From assembly GCA_964250685.1 (NCBI GenBank), contig CAXUGZ010000001.1, positions 1 to 34,684 on the forward strand: a DNA stretch of 34,684 nucleotides, written 5' to 3'. Position numbers and translations under genes: made by a program. The number at the start of each line of letters is the position of its first letter. The first letter of the stretch is position 1. Positions 34,651 to 34,684 of the stretch are shown piece by piece. The notes below the pieces were generated by a model. That model had not been told where the DNA came from, searched no databases, and saw nothing but the letters and a program-made list of their open reading frames with translations. This stretch comes from an uncultured Sphingomonadaceae bacterium. Lineage in GTDB: Bacteria > Pseudomonadota > Alphaproteobacteria > Sphingomonadales > Sphingomonadaceae.

Positions 34651-34683
34651 CAGCCGCAGCGCGTTGACCTTGATGAACCCCGC
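34651..34683 (-). other. ArgG C-terminus-like fragment at the window edge
   Basis: Translates AGFIKVNALRL, close to the GFIKLNALRL end of alphaproteobacterial argininosuccinate synthase. Only 11 codons are informative. Confidence 0.4.
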
Positions 34684-34684
34684 C

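Noticed and set aside
1-34684. CRISPR arrays, tRNA/rRNA genes, transposases or integrases
   Set aside because: No regularly spaced repeats, cloverleaf motifs, or DDE/tyrosine recombinase ORFs were seen.

Overview
High-GC alphaproteobacterial chromosome segment. Gene content (PEPxxWA-CTERM proteins, crtG-crtY-crtI-LOG-crtB cluster, argH/tlpA layout) points to Sphingomonas or a close relative. In order: a nucleoside (CNT) transporter; a minus-strand run argH-lipoprotein-lysA-galU-cysG-like-corA/zntB; tlpA; an APH(2'')/Mph-like kinase; a DUF2382-OmpA-YsnF stress cluster with an EcfG-type promoter; a PEP-CTERM protein; an orphan PRTase; a frameshifted M28 peptidase; an aldehyde dehydrogenase; COQ9; a DMT transporter; a suhB/MmgR-like sRNA; nostoxanthin-type carotenoid genes; a Crp/Fnr regulator beside a divergent pair of fused enzymes (glycosyltransferase-UDP-galactopyranose mutase and GH1-like-RmlD); an MnoP-like porin plus an ABC transporter with no binding protein; and a second PEP-CTERM gene. 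The least explained region is the ~850-bp intergenic stretch 33006-33857. Its minus strand carries a structured leader (GNRA and UUCG hairpins, two 37-codon uORFs, mutually exclusive SD/anti-SD stems, a terminator just before the porin). Its plus strand carries a near-consensus sigma70 promoter overlapped by a LexA-like box, followed by a hairpin-rich non-coding stretch. All calls come from reading motifs by eye; no searches or folding programs were run.
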